Source of the DNA: Clostridia bacterium
Lineage (GTDB): Bacteria; Bacillota; Clostridia; Christensenellales; QALW01
Length of the DNA stretch: 64,000 bases
NCBI GenBank assembly: GCA_045591115.1
Contig: JAZNSH010000017.1
Location: 65,691-129,690 of the forward strand
Direction: 5' to 3'
Position numbers and translations under genes: made by a program. Positions 1-9,645 of the stretch are shown here, piece after piece. Below the pieces are notes generated by a model. That model was not told the origin of the DNA and made no database searches. It saw only the letters and a program-made list of their open reading frames with translations. Every line of letters begins with the position of its first letter. Positions within the stretch are counted from its first letter, which is position 1.

Positions 1-2
1 TA

Positions 3-2855
3 ATTGACGTGCCTTCAATGTGGCAGTTCAGAGGATATATGGAGCCTACGTATCCTAACGTTGAATATCCCTTTCCCTTTAATCCGCCCTACATTTTAAG
101 GCTCAATCCCGTAGGATGCTATATGCGTACCTTTGAAGCAGAGAATTTTGAAAGAGCAATTCTTCATTTTGAAGGTGTTGATAATGCTTTCTATGTGTAT
201 CTTAACGGCGAATTTGTAGGCTTTTCAAAGGGATCACGTTTGCCCCACGAATTTGATATTACCAAAAACCTTAAGAAAGGCGAAAACATACTGAAAGTTA
301 TCGTTTACACCTATTCCGATGCATCATATCTTGAAAATCAGGATATGCTTATGGCAAGCGGTATTTTCAGGGACGTGTATATTATCTATTCCAATAAAAT
401 CGCCCTTTGGGATTGGGAAATAATTACCGATGATAAAAACCTTTCCGTTAAGGCACAGCTTTTTGATAATGCCGATGCCGTTGCTAAGTTTACTTTTGAC
501 GGAACGGTTTATGATGTTCCCTTTAAGGATGGCGTTGCAGAGCTTTCACTTACTCCCGAAAATATAAAAACCTGGAATGCGGAACAGCCCAATCTTTACG
601 ATCTTACTTTAGAGATCGTTGAAAACGGAGTTGTAAAAGAGGTTCACTCCAAGCGCGTAGGTTTTGTTAAGAGTGAGATCAAAAAGCAACAGTTCTTGAT
701 TAACGGTAACCCTGTGCTTATCAAGGGTATCAATCGCCACGAGAACAATGCTGAAAACGGCAGATATCTTACCGTTGAGCAGATAAAAAAAGATCTTGAG
801 CTTATAAAGAGCAATAATATTAACGCAATTCGTTGCGCACACTATCCCAACAATCCTGCATTTTATGAGTTCTGCTCTGAGCTTGGTATCTATGTTATGG
901 ATGAAGGCGATATTGAGAGCCACGGCTGCGGCATAACAGGCGATCAGGGATTTTTAAATAAAACTCCCTCCTGGCGCGATGCTTTTATGGATAGAACTTT
1001 GCGTATGGTCGAAAGAGATAAAAATGAAACTTGTATCGTTATCTGGTCATTGGGCAACGAAATGGGTGCAGGTCAGAACAGCGAAGACTGTGCTGAATTT
1101 GTAAGAAATCGCAAGGACAAAAAGCCTGTTCAGTATGCAACTTTGCCTGAAAACAGACATAAGCGTGTATTTATCGGCAACGGTTACTGCAACGTAAAAA
1201 AACTTCAGCGTGTTCTTGATGAAGCACCTGATACGGAACAGCCTCTTTGCCTTATTGAATATGCTCACGCAATGGGTAACAGCCCCGGAAACCTTCAAAC
1301 TATGTGGGATTTCGTTATGGAACATCCCCGTTACTGCGGTGGCTACGTTTGGGAATTCAGAAGCCACGGTATGAAGCGCGTAAATGAAGATGGCTCGGTT
1401 GATTATCTTTATGGTGGTGACTTCCACGATGATAACCATTGGTCAAACTTCACTTTGGATGGCTTCTGCGTTTCCGATGGCACTCCCAAGCCTACCTTCC
1501 TTGAGCTTAAGTACGTTTATGCACCTATTCGCTTCAAGTATGAAAATGGTGTTCTGAACCTTCATAACACTATGGACTTTACCGATACCTCAGAGCTTGT
1601 TTTTGAGGCTGAGATAATTGCCGACGGTGAAGTTATAAAGAAAGAAATTCTTAATATTCCCGCCATCGCACCCAGAGAAAAGGCTGATTTTAACTATGCA
1701 CCTCAATGTGATGGCGTTGAGTGCTTCCTTACAATTAACGTTTATAAAAACGGCGATAAGGTTGCATTAAAGCAGTTCAAGCTTGAAAGCACCAAGGAAA
1801 AAGAAGAGCTTGAAGCTACTTCCTTTAAGGGCGAAGTTACTGTAGATAATGATAAAGTTTCAGTTTCAGGCGAAAACTTCAATATTTTATTTGAAAACGG
1901 TCTTCCCGTAAAATACGAAAAGGACGGCAAGGTTTATTTTGATGAACCCGTTAAATTCGTTACTCACCGCGCTGAAACGGATAATGATGGTATCGTAAAG
2001 CTTTATCCTCGCTGGATCGGTTCTTGGGAACAGTCAAGACTTCAGAAAATGGAGTTCTACACAATTAAGACCGTTGCTGAAAAAGCTGAAAGCTTTGTAA
2101 AAGTTACCACCGAGGGTATTCTTACTCAGGATCATTGCTATATGGGCTTTAACGTAACAAATGAATACACCATATATAATGACGGTCTTTTGGTATTTGA
2201 TATGTTGGTTTTGCCTTTCGGTGATATGCCAACTCCTCCCGAATGGGGTTCAGCCGGAGCTGACGATATTCTTGAACCAAGACTTCCGCGCTTTGGTATC
2301 GTTATTAAAATGGATAAGGAATTTTCACGTGTTAAGTGGTATGGCAGAGGTGAGGATCATTCTTATGAGGATTCAAAGGTTTCAGCACCCATCGGCACCT
2401 ATGAGCTTCCCATCGAAAAAATGAACTTTATGTATGACGTGCCTCAGGAAACGGGCTCAAGGTGCGACACGAGATATGCTCAGATTAAAGGCGGAAACAA
2501 GAATCTTACCGTTTACGGCAATGATATCTTCTCCTTCCAGTATCATCCCTGGAGTCTTAAATCTCTCCGTGATGCTCGCCACACAAGCGAAGTTAAGGAG
2601 GATAGCAAGAACTATCTTTATATCGACTATAAGATGCGCGCTTTAGGCTCATTCTCCTGCGGACCTAACCCCGAAAAGGAATTTGATTTTGCGCCTCACG
2701 ATTTCCGCTTCGTGTTTGCCCTTAACGGCGAAAAGGGTGAAAAACCACAGTATTTCCTTAAAAATCTCGGTAATAAGACCGAAAAGCTTACAGAGGTTTA
2801 CGAAAGAGTTAAGATCGAAACGGAAAGAGACGTTGTTGAGTGCAGAAATGCATAA
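3..2855 (+). CDS. lacZ: beta-galactosidase, GH2 family (5' end outside window)
   Basis: The reading frame is open to the window edge. VPSMWQ..GY..YPNVEYPFP matches the LacZ N-terminal region. GH2 motifs are present: GINRHE, WSLGNE (acid/base) and EYAHAMGNS (nucleophile). Confidence 0.9.
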   Translation: MDVPSMWQFRGYMEPTYPNVEYPFPFNPPYILRLNPVGCYMRTFEAENFERAILHFEGVDNAFYVYLNGEFVGFSKGSRLPHEFDITKNLKKGENILKVIVYTYSDASYLENQDMLMASGIFRDVYIIYSNKIALWDWEIITDDKNLSVKAQLFDNADAVAKFTFDGTVYDVPFKDGVAELSLTPENIKTWNAEQPNLYDLTLEIVENGVVKEVHSKRVGFVKSEIKKQQFLINGNPVLIKGINRHENNAENGRYLTVEQIKKDLELIKSNNINAIRCAHYPNNPAFYEFCSELGIYVMDEGDIESHGCGITGDQGFLNKTPSWRDAFMDRTLRMVERDKNETCIVIWSLGNEMGAGQNSEDCAEFVRNRKDKKPVQYATLPENRHKRVFIGNGYCNVKKLQRVLDEAPDTEQPLCLIEYAHAMGNSPGNLQTMWDFVMEHPRYCGGYVWEFRSHGMKRVNEDGSVDYLYGGDFHDDNHWSNFTLDGFCVSDGTPKPTFLELKYVYAPIRFKYENGVLNLHNTMDFTDTSELVFEAEIIADGEVIKKEILNIPAIAPREKADFNYAPQCDGVECFLTINVYKNGDKVALKQFKLESTKEKEELEATSFKGEVTVDNDKVSVSGENFNILFENGLPVKYEKDGKVYFDEPVKFVTHRAETDNDGIVKLYPRWIGSWEQSRLQKMEFYTIKTVAEKAESFVKVTTEGILTQDHCYMGFNVTNEYTIYNDGLLVFDMLVLPFGDMPTPPEWGSAGADDILEPRLPRFGIVIKMDKEFSRVKWYGRGEDHSYEDSKVSAPIGTYELPIEKMNFMYDVPQETGSRCDTRYAQIKGGNKNLTVYGNDIFSFQYHPWSLKSLRDARHTSEVKEDSKNYLYIDYKMRALGSFSCGPNPEKEFDFAPHDFRFVFALNGEKGEKPQYFLKNLGNKTEKLTEVYERVKIETERDVVECRNA

Positions 2856-2944
2856 TAATGTTGCATAAAAAAGAAAAATGTTGTAAAATTATAGCCGAGG
2901 AAAAAATTCTTCGGCTATACATTTATGAAATGAGGAACTAAACT

Positions 2945-3322
2945 ATGGCAGCAAAACGTATTGCACTTATTGCACACGATAATATGAAGCCTACCATCAT
3001 TGAATGGTGCAAGGAAAATAAGGAGCTTTTATCACATCACTTTCTTTGCGGAACGGGCACAACGGCAAAAAAGATCAATGAGGCTACGGGACTTCCCGTA
3101 AGAGCATATCTTTCAGGACCTTTAGGCGGTGATCAGCAGATAGGCGCCCGCGTTGCAGTAGGGGAAATTGACGTTGTTATCTTCTTCTCCGATCCCCTTA
3201 CCGCTCAGCCTCACGATCCTGACGTTAAAGCACTTTTAAGAATTGCTCAGGTCTATAATGTGCCTATTGCAAATAATAAGGCTACGGCGGATTGTATATT
3301 GAGAGCATTAAAAGACGAATAA
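2945..3322 (+). CDS. mgsA: methylglyoxal synthase
   Basis: 125 aa. IALIAHDNMK, GTGTT and SGPLGGDQQIG..DPLTAQPHDPDV are colinear with Bacillus MgsA. An RBS is present. Confidence 0.9.
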   Translation: MAAKRIALIAHDNMKPTIIEWCKENKELLSHHFLCGTGTTAKKINEATGLPVRAYLSGPLGGDQQIGARVAVGEIDVVIFFSDPLTAQPHDPDVKALLRIAQVYNVPIANNKATADCILRALKDE

Positions 3323-3323
3323 G

Positions 3324-3350
3324 AAAAACGGGCGATCTGCCCGTTTTTTG
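3324..3350 (+). terminator. intrinsic terminator after mgsA
   Basis: CGGGC-gatct-GCCCG hairpin followed by T6, with an A-run upstream. Confidence 0.7.
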
Positions 3351-3405
3351 TTTGTTCTTGGATAAATAAAATATCTGCAAAAGTCGAAAGTGCGGAATAC
3401 TTTTC

Positions 3406-3753
3406 TCATTTCATAGTTTCCTTTAATGTTTTGCAAGAGGCAATCAGCAGTCGTCTGATTCGACCACAGAGATTTCTATGCTTTTTATAGTTTCTTTCAT
3501 CAATGACGTTTGTGTTGGATAATAATCGCAGCCACCCTTCGGTTTCGCTACATTCCTTGAGGGCAATTTCAAATTTTGAAAGCATATCAGCTTTGCTCTG
3601 TCCATAATTGGCTTCACGAATATTTGCATAAATACTGCTTGAACTTTTGCGTATTTGGAAAAGAGTGTTAGAAGAAGCTTTTATATTTTGACAAAGGGAT
3701 TCTATATCAGTTGCAAGTTGCTCAGAATAAATCAGTAAATAATTTTTTTGCAT
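3406..3753 (-). CDS. four-helix-bundle protein (23S rRNA intervening-sequence protein / Avd family)
   Basis: 115 aa counted from the ATG at 3753, which is preceded by AAAGGAGTGA. The motif EANYGQSK.D...FEIALKE..ET..WL is typical of this family. The longer track ORF start at 3783 lacks an RBS. Confidence 0.75.
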   Translation of the reverse strand: MQKNYLLIYSEQLATDIESLCQNIKASSNTLFQIRKSSSSIYANIREANYGQSKADMLSKFEIALKECSETEGWLRLLSNTNVIDERNYKKHRNLCGRIRRLLIASCKTLKETMK

Positions 3754-3800
3754 ATAATCACTCCTTTTAAAAATATTATACAACTTTTTAGTAAATAAAT

Positions 3801-4030
3801 CAAGGCGAAGCCTTGTATATCATCAATTCCGGAGGAATTGTATATCATCAACACGAAGTGTTGCATCTCATCAAGCCGCAGGGAAAATGCACGATAAAGC
3901 GTGATTATTTGCACACTTTAGCATATTTAGATACAAGGGTGGCAAGCCACCCTTGATGATATACACGACTGTGTCGTGATGATATGCACCACACTTCGTG
4001 CGGTGATGATATGCCAAGCCTGCGGCTTGG
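3801..4030. repeat. two convergent arrays of a conserved decamer separated by variable self-complementary mini-hairpins
   Basis: YATMTCATCA occurs at 3816, 3841 and 3864. Its inverse TGATGATATR occurs at 3954, 3977 and 4004. Each interval is a different 12-22 nt palindrome, for example caaggcGAAgccttg, attccGGAGgaatt, cacgacTGTgtcgtg and ccaagccTGCggcttgg. Confidence 0.8.
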
Positions 4031-4032
4031 AT

Positions 4033-4060
4033 AAACAAAACGAGAACTTTTAAGTTCTCG
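4033..4060 (-). terminator. intrinsic terminator downstream of tRNA-Ala
   Basis: CGAGAACTT/AAGTTCTCG hairpin with a T-run on the minus strand. Confidence 0.65.
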
Positions 4061-4066
4061 TTTTGT

Positions 4067-4142
4067 TGGTGGAGATAAACGGATTCGAACCGTCGGCCTG
4101 TTACATGCGAAGCAACCGCTCTACCAACTGAGCTATATCCCC
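4067..4142 (-). tRNA. tRNA-Ala (anticodon CGC), CCA encoded
   Basis: The reverse complement folds as a cloverleaf: acceptor GGGGATA/TATCTCC with G3:U70, D arm GCTC..GAGC, anticodon loop TTCGCAT, and T arm GGTTCGAATCC. Length is 76 nt. Confidence 0.93.
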
Positions 4143-4278
4143 AAAGTTATTTACCTTATTTTAGCACATTTTCAAAATATTGCAACTGAAAAATTTAAGA
4201 TTTTTCGACAAAATATTATGTACATTTATCTTATTTTGTGGTATAATACTACAAAATGACTTTTGAGGTACAATATAT

Positions 4279-5505
4279 ATGAAAAAAATCTTAAAAATTT
4301 TATTGGTAATTTTAATGATGCCGTGCCTTCTTTTATCGGGATGCACCGAAAATATTATGCTTACCGTATATTATATCTCTGACGTTAAGATCATTGCTAA
4401 GCAAGTTAAGGTTGAAGAATTTTCCTCAGCAACTGCACTTGAGCTTTTAAAGGAAAACGGAGTTCTTCCCGAAGAAGCCTCTATCGTTGATTTTAAAAAT
4501 GAAGCTAAGGGAGAAAACCGTACCATCACCATTGATTTTAACGAGGGCTTTATAAATTATATAAACAACTATTATGGTGACGGTCAGAAGCTTATTCTTC
4601 AGGCAACTGCTAACACATTCCTTGATAATTTTGATGCAGATAAAGTTTATTTTACCTTTAACGGTGAATATATTATTACTGATTTTTATGATTTCTCCGA
4701 GGGCTTTACAATGGCGCAGGTAGGCGCGGGAGCAAGTGATATTTCATTTAAACCATCGCCCACGCCTGAACCCACACCTACACCCGAACCAACACCCGAA
4801 CCAACACCTGAGCCAACACCCGAACCAACACCGTCACCGATCATAACAATTACGCCCACCAAAGCACCTCAAACTAACGGAAAAAAGGTTGTTGCAATTA
4901 CCTTTGATGACGGCCCTCATAACGTGTATACCAAAAAGCTTGCTGACGTTTGTGCGCAGTATAACGCAGGCGCAACCTTCTTTGTTATCGGTAACAGAAT
5001 CAATGAAACAACGGGCCCGATGATAAAATATGCCCAGGACAAGGGTTGTGAAATTGCGATTCACGGCTATACTCACGAGGTTTTCTATGATAAATGCTCC
5101 GATGAACGATTTATTGAGGAGCTTACAAAGACCGCAGACGTAATTAAAAAATACACCGGCAAAAAGCCTACGATGATGCGCCCCGTTGGCGGAAGAATTA
5201 CTGAAGAGCGTGTAAAATCCTGCCCCTATGCAGTTATTCAATGGAACGTGGATTCTGAGGATTGGCGCCACAAAAAGACTTCTGCGGAAGTTCAGCAGGA
5301 GGAAATAGATATAATCGTAAACAACGTTATGAATACCGTAGGTCCCGGCAAGATCATATTGATGCATGAGCTCTATGAAAACTCATATCAGGCATTTAAA
5401 ATTATTATGAAAAAGCTTTATGAACAAGGTTATGAGGTAGTAACCGTAACCGAGCTTTTAGGCAAAGAAAATATTAAGCCCGGCGTTAAATTCTTCGGCA
5501 GATAA
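4279..5505 (+). CDS. polysaccharide deacetylase (NodB domain) lipoprotein with PT-rich linker
   Basis: The signal peptide ends LLSGC (lipobox). A PSPTPEPTPTPEP linker follows. NodB motifs TFDDGPH and HGYTHE are present. Confidence 0.85.
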   Translation: MKKILKILLVILMMPCLLLSGCTENIMLTVYYISDVKIIAKQVKVEEFSSATALELLKENGVLPEEASIVDFKNEAKGENRTITIDFNEGFINYINNYYGDGQKLILQATANTFLDNFDADKVYFTFNGEYIITDFYDFSEGFTMAQVGAGASDISFKPSPTPEPTPTPEPTPEPTPEPTPEPTPSPIITITPTKAPQTNGKKVVAITFDDGPHNVYTKKLADVCAQYNAGATFFVIGNRINETTGPMIKYAQDKGCEIAIHGYTHEVFYDKCSDERFIEELTKTADVIKKYTGKKPTMMRPVGGRITEERVKSCPYAVIQWNVDSEDWRHKKTSAEVQQEEIDIIVNNVMNTVGPGKIILMHELYENSYQAFKIIMKKLYEQGYEVVTVTELLGKENIKPGVKFFGR

Positions 5506-5542
5506 ATATGTAAAACACCCTGTTGCATTTATCAACAGACTG

Positions 5543-5571
5543 AAAACACCCTGCACTGGCAGGGTGTTTTT
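5543..5571. terminator. bidirectional terminator between convergent genes
   Basis: AACACCCTGC/GCAGGGTGTT hairpin flanked by A- and T-runs. Confidence 0.75.
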
Positions 5572-5572
5572 G

Positions 5573-6295
5573 CTATTTTCCGAAACCGTTCAAATAGCTT
5601 TGGGGATTTACGCTTTTTCCGTTTTTCAGCACCTCAAAGTGCAAATGGGCACCGTCAGAGGATTCGCTTGTTGCGCTGTTGCCCACAGTTCCGATGGCTT
5701 GTCCCTTAAGAACCTTTGCGCCTTCCTTGATATCCTCATTTACCGATTCAAGAGCGGAATACACTGTTTCAATGCCTGAATCGTGGGCGATGGTAACGGT
5801 CAGACCCATAAGGGCATCCTCGGTGACGTTTGAAACAGTTCCGTCAAGGGCGGAAAGCACAAGAGTTCCGCTGGGCGCAGAGATGTCAAGAGCAGTATGT
5901 GTTGCCCAATGACCTAAGGTCTGGGAATAAACAAGACTCTCTGCACTGTAACCCTTAAGCACGTTTCCGTTTGTTACGGGGAGAAGCATTGATGTGTTTA
6001 CCACCGTTGCACCTGATGATGCGGGGGCATCGGTTGGCTCAGGTGTTCCAAAAGGAATGGGCGTTTCGATGGGTTTTTGAGTAACTGATGAAGTTTTCAG
6101 GTTAGGCTTTAATGTTTCGAGGGGCTTAGGAACTTCAAGCACGGGGGAAGGCTCTTCTCCGCCCATAAGTGAAACCGATGCCGTTACGGCTATAACCGCA
6201 ACACAGCATACGGCAAGAAGTCCTGCTGCCTTTTTAACGGAACGCTTTTTTAAGATTGCTTTGCCTGATTTGTCTTTTATGGTACCAAGATTCAT
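5573..6295 (-). CDS. M23 family metallopeptidase (LytM domain), membrane anchored
   Basis: HTALDI...GAHLHFEV motifs are present, with an N-terminal TM segment. The start at 6295 is preceded by GGAGGTG. Confidence 0.85.
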   Translation of the reverse strand: MNLGTIKDKSGKAILKKRSVKKAAGLLAVCCVAVIAVTASVSLMGGEEPSPVLEVPKPLETLKPNLKTSSVTQKPIETPIPFGTPEPTDAPASSGATVVNTSMLLPVTNGNVLKGYSAESLVYSQTLGHWATHTALDISAPSGTLVLSALDGTVSNVTEDALMGLTVTIAHDSGIETVYSALESVNEDIKEGAKVLKGQAIGTVGNSATSESSDGAHLHFEVLKNGKSVNPQSYLNGFGK

Positions 6296-6399
6296 AAAAA
6301 TTACACCTCCGAAAAGTATTTTTACCATTAAAAATTATGTATATACATCTTTTTATGTAAAAACAATGAATAAAATACAAAATTTTTGTTTTCACGATA

Positions 6400-6428
6400 T
6401 TGACATTGGCCTTTAATTTTGTTACAAT
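6400..6428 (+). promoter_or_regulatory. sigma-A-type promoter of glgBCD
   Basis: TTGACA, 17-nt spacer, TACAAT. The promoter lies 34 nt upstream of the glgB ATG. Confidence 0.6.
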
Positions 6429-6461
6429 ATAATCAGCAAAAATATACGGGAGGCTACCTAT

Positions 6462-8354
6462 ATGGGAAAAGAAAATTTTACAAAAAGCAAAATGATCAGT
6501 GATTTTGACCTCTATCTTGCCTGCGAGGGCACGCACAGAAATCTTGATGAGATATTAGGTGCACGCCCTGTGTTCAACAGCACAGGCCTGATTGATGGCT
6601 TCTATTTTGCAGTTTGGGCACCTCACGCAAAGAAAATAAGCGTTGTGGGTGATTTCAATGAATGGCAGGAAGACAGTGCTTTAATGGAAAGAATCCCTGA
6701 TACTGATTTCTGGGAGATCTATATTGAGGGCGTTCCCACAGGTTGCCTTTATAAATATTGTATAACCACCGCAGATGATAGGGTTATCTATAAAGCCGAT
6801 CCTATGGCAAAATTCAGCGAGCTCCGTCCTAAGACCGCTTCAATGACTTATGTTGATAACTACCGCTGGCACGATCTTTCCTGGTGCATAAAACATTCAA
6901 AGGCTCAGGATAAGAATCAGCCTATGGCAATTTATGAAATGCATATGGGCTCTTGGATGCGCGGTCATAATAACGAAATATTATCTTATAGTGACGTTGC
7001 TGATGCATTAGTTAAATTTTTAAAGGAAAATCGCTATACTCACGTTGAAATTATGCCCCTTGCAGAGCATCCCTATGATGGCTCCTGGGGATATCAGGCA
7101 ACGGGATATTTTGCACCAACATCACGTTACGGTACACCTGCCGAGCTTAAGTATTTTGTTGATGTTATGCATCAGAATTCCATCGGTGTAATCTTGGATT
7201 GGGTACCTGCACATTTCCCCAAAGATGCTCACGGCTTAGCTTTCTTTGATGGTGATTGCTTGTATGAAAAGGATGGAAACATCTCAGAGTGGGGTACACT
7301 TAAATTTAATTTTGCATCTCCTATGGTTCGTCAGTTCCTTGTTTCAAATGCTGTTTATTGGCTTAAAGAATTCCATTTTGACGGCTTGCGTGTTGATGCG
7401 GTAAGCAATATGGTTTACCTTGATTTCTGCAAAGCTCCCGGTGAATGGACACCTAACGCTTACGGCGGAACAGAGGATCTTGATGCACTTGAATTTATTA
7501 AAACACTTAATTCCATCGTTAAAGAAAAGTTCCCCGGTGCTTTGATGATAGCTGAAGAATCAGCCAACTATCCTAAGCTTACGGCACCTCTTGATGAAGG
7601 CGGACTTGGCTTTGACTTTAAGTGGAATATGGGTTGGATGAACGATACCTTGGAGTATATGGAAACCGATCCCTTGTTCAGAAGCGGTGTTCATAATAAG
7701 ATGACATTCTCAATGATGTACGCATTTAACGAGAATTATATTCTTCCTCTTTCCCACGATGAATGCGTTCACGGCAAAAAGAGCGTTTTAGATAAGATGC
7801 ACGGTGAATATTATCAGAAGTTTGCATCATTAAAGGCATATTACGGATATATGTTTGCACATCCCGGCAAAAAGCTTCTCTTTATGGGCAATGAGATCGG
7901 TCAGTTTATGGAGTGGCGCTATTACGAGCAGATCGAATGGAAGCTTCTTCAATATGAAACCCACCGCGGTCTTTATGGCTATGTGAAGGATTTATTGGCA
8001 CTCTATAATGATAATTCAGCCTTTTGGGCAAAGGATGATTCCTGGGATGGCTTCAAGTGGCTCAATGCTGATGATAAAGAGGGCAGCGTATATTCAATGG
8101 CACGTTTCTCAGATGATGAAACGATCCTCGCCATTGTCAATATGACTCCCGTTCAGCGCTTTGACTATTGGCTTTCAGCACCTGAGAAGGGCACTTATAA
8201 GCTTATTTTGAACAGTGATGATAAAAAGTATTCAGGTGAAGGAACCATCGTTAACGATGAACTTATCACCGATAATGAATCAAAGGAGTTTACAAACCGC
8301 ATCCGCGTGACAATACCGCCTATGTCGGTGCTCTATTATAAACTTGAAAAATAA
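6462..8354 (+). CDS. glgB: 1,4-alpha-glucan branching enzyme
   Basis: 630 aa. GH13 regions are present: DWVPAHF, GLRVDAV, AEES and LSHDE. Confidence 0.92.
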   Translation: MGKENFTKSKMISDFDLYLACEGTHRNLDEILGARPVFNSTGLIDGFYFAVWAPHAKKISVVGDFNEWQEDSALMERIPDTDFWEIYIEGVPTGCLYKYCITTADDRVIYKADPMAKFSELRPKTASMTYVDNYRWHDLSWCIKHSKAQDKNQPMAIYEMHMGSWMRGHNNEILSYSDVADALVKFLKENRYTHVEIMPLAEHPYDGSWGYQATGYFAPTSRYGTPAELKYFVDVMHQNSIGVILDWVPAHFPKDAHGLAFFDGDCLYEKDGNISEWGTLKFNFASPMVRQFLVSNAVYWLKEFHFDGLRVDAVSNMVYLDFCKAPGEWTPNAYGGTEDLDALEFIKTLNSIVKEKFPGALMIAEESANYPKLTAPLDEGGLGFDFKWNMGWMNDTLEYMETDPLFRSGVHNKMTFSMMYAFNENYILPLSHDECVHGKKSVLDKMHGEYYQKFASLKAYYGYMFAHPGKKLLFMGNEIGQFMEWRYYEQIEWKLLQYETHRGLYGYVKDLLALYNDNSAFWAKDDSWDGFKWLNADDKEGSVYSMARFSDDETILAIVNMTPVQRFDYWLSAPEKGTYKLILNSDDKKYSGEGTIVNDELITDNESKEFTNRIRVTIPPMSVLYYKLEK

Positions 8355-8412
8355 ACTTTGATGACGAAACCGCCGTTAAGGCGGTTTCGGCTCACGCATA
8401 TGGAGGAATAAA

Positions 8413-9645
8413 ATGTATAGTGTTGAATGCGTTGCTATGCTTCTTGCCGGCGGACAGGGCAGCAGATTAGGCGCACTTACTAAAGAAATCGCAAAACCCG
8501 CAGTTCCCTTTGGCGGAAAGTACAGAATTATTGATTTCCCCTTATCAAACTGCGCAAATTCAGGTATATACACGGTAGGTGTTTTAACACAGTACCGTCC
8601 TTTGGAATTGAATACATATATCGGTAGCGGTCAGCCTTGGGATATGGATAGACTTCGCGGCGGTGCTTTCGTGCTTCCACCTTATGTAAAAGGAAAGACA
8701 GGCGAGTGGTATAAGGGTACTGCCAATGCTATCTATCAGAACATACCCTTTATAGAGCAGTTTAATCCTGAGTACGTGCTTGTGCTTTCAGGTGACCATA
8801 TCTATAAAATGGATTACCGCAGAATGTTAAATTACCACAAGGAAAAGGGTGCAGATTGTACCATTGCGGTATTTAACGTGCCCATTGAGGATGCCAGCCG
8901 TTACGGCATAATGTCGGCTTACGAGGATGGCAGGATCTATGATTTCACGGAAAAACCGCCTCAGCCCAAGAGTACTCTGGCAAGTATGGGTGTTTATATT
9001 TTCTCTTGGGAGGTTCTGAAAAAGTATCTTATTGCCGATGAGGAAAATGAAAAGTCATCAAAGGATTTTGGCAAGGATGTTATTCCTGCAATGCTCAATG
9101 ACGGTCTTAATATGTATGCATATGCTTTTGAGGGCTATTGGAAGGATGTTGGAACTGTTTACAGTCTTTGGGAAGCCAATATGGATCTTTTGGGCACAGT
9201 TCCAAACTTCAATCTTTATGATGAGCATTGGCGAATCTATTCCCGAAATGAAGGTCTTCCCGGCCATTACATTTCACCTAAAGCAGAAATTAAAAACTGC
9301 TGTATTTCCGAGGGCTGTAAGGTTTACGGCAAGGTTGAACATTCGGTCCTTTTCTCAGGCGCAGTGGTTGAGGACGGTGCAACCGTAACCAACTCTATCG
9401 TGCTTCCTTACACCGTTATAAAAAAAGGTGCGGTGGTTGATAGGGCAGTAGTTTCAAATAACTGCCTTATCGGTGAAAATGCAGTTATCGGCTCTGATGA
9501 ACCTAATATTCCCTGGGTTAAGGATAAAATGTGCTCAAACGGCATCACTTTAATAGGTGATAAGGTTTCCATCGGCAAAAACGTGCGTGTTGGCAGAGAA
9601 ATGATGGTTGAGCAGGATATTCAGGGAGGCGAAGCAAATGAATGA
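8413..9645 (+). CDS. glgC: glucose-1-phosphate adenylyltransferase
   Basis: [11 protein letters not shown]...[15 protein letters not shown] is present, with a C-terminal left-handed beta-helix region. Confidence 0.92.
   Translation: MYSVECVAMLLAGGQGSRLGALTKEIAKPAVPFGGKYRIIDFPLSNCANSGIYTVGVLTQYRPLELNTYIGSGQPWDMDRLRGGAFVLPPYVKGKTGEWYKGTANAIYQNIPFIEQFNPEYVLVLSGDHIYKMDYRRMLNYHKEKGADCTIAVFNVPIEDASRYGIMSAYEDGRIYDFTEKPPQPKSTLASMGVYIFSWEVLKKYLIADEENEKSSKDFGKDVIPAMLNDGLNMYAYAFEGYWKDVGTVYSLWEANMDLLGTVPNFNLYDEHWRIYSRNEGLPGHYISPKAEIKNCCISEGCKVYGKVEHSVLFSGAVVEDGATVTNSIVLPYTVIKKGAVVDRAVVSNNCLIGENAVIGSDEPNIPWVKDKMCSNGITLIGDKVSIGKNVRVGREMMVEQDIQGGEANE

Noticed and set aside
3406-4030. Diversity-generating retroelement, because the four-helix-bundle protein is in the Avd family
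   Set aside because: There is no reverse transcriptase gene and no template/variable repeat pair anywhere in the window.
3801-4030. CRISPR array
   Set aside because: The repeats are only 10 nt, the spacers are 12-22 nt and self-complementary, the two halves are inverted, and no cas genes are present.
4834-5367. 177-aa minus-strand ORF inside the deacetylase gene (similar antisense ORFs occur at 41807-42328, 38706-39074 and 39153-39548)
   Set aside because: These are embedded antisense to well-supported CDSs, lack an RBS and have no recognisable family.
8366-8389. GAAACCGCC/GGCGGTTTC hairpin between glgB and glgC as a terminator
   Set aside because: There is no U-tract and the hairpin lies within an operon. 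It is more likely an mRNA stability or processing stem than a terminator.
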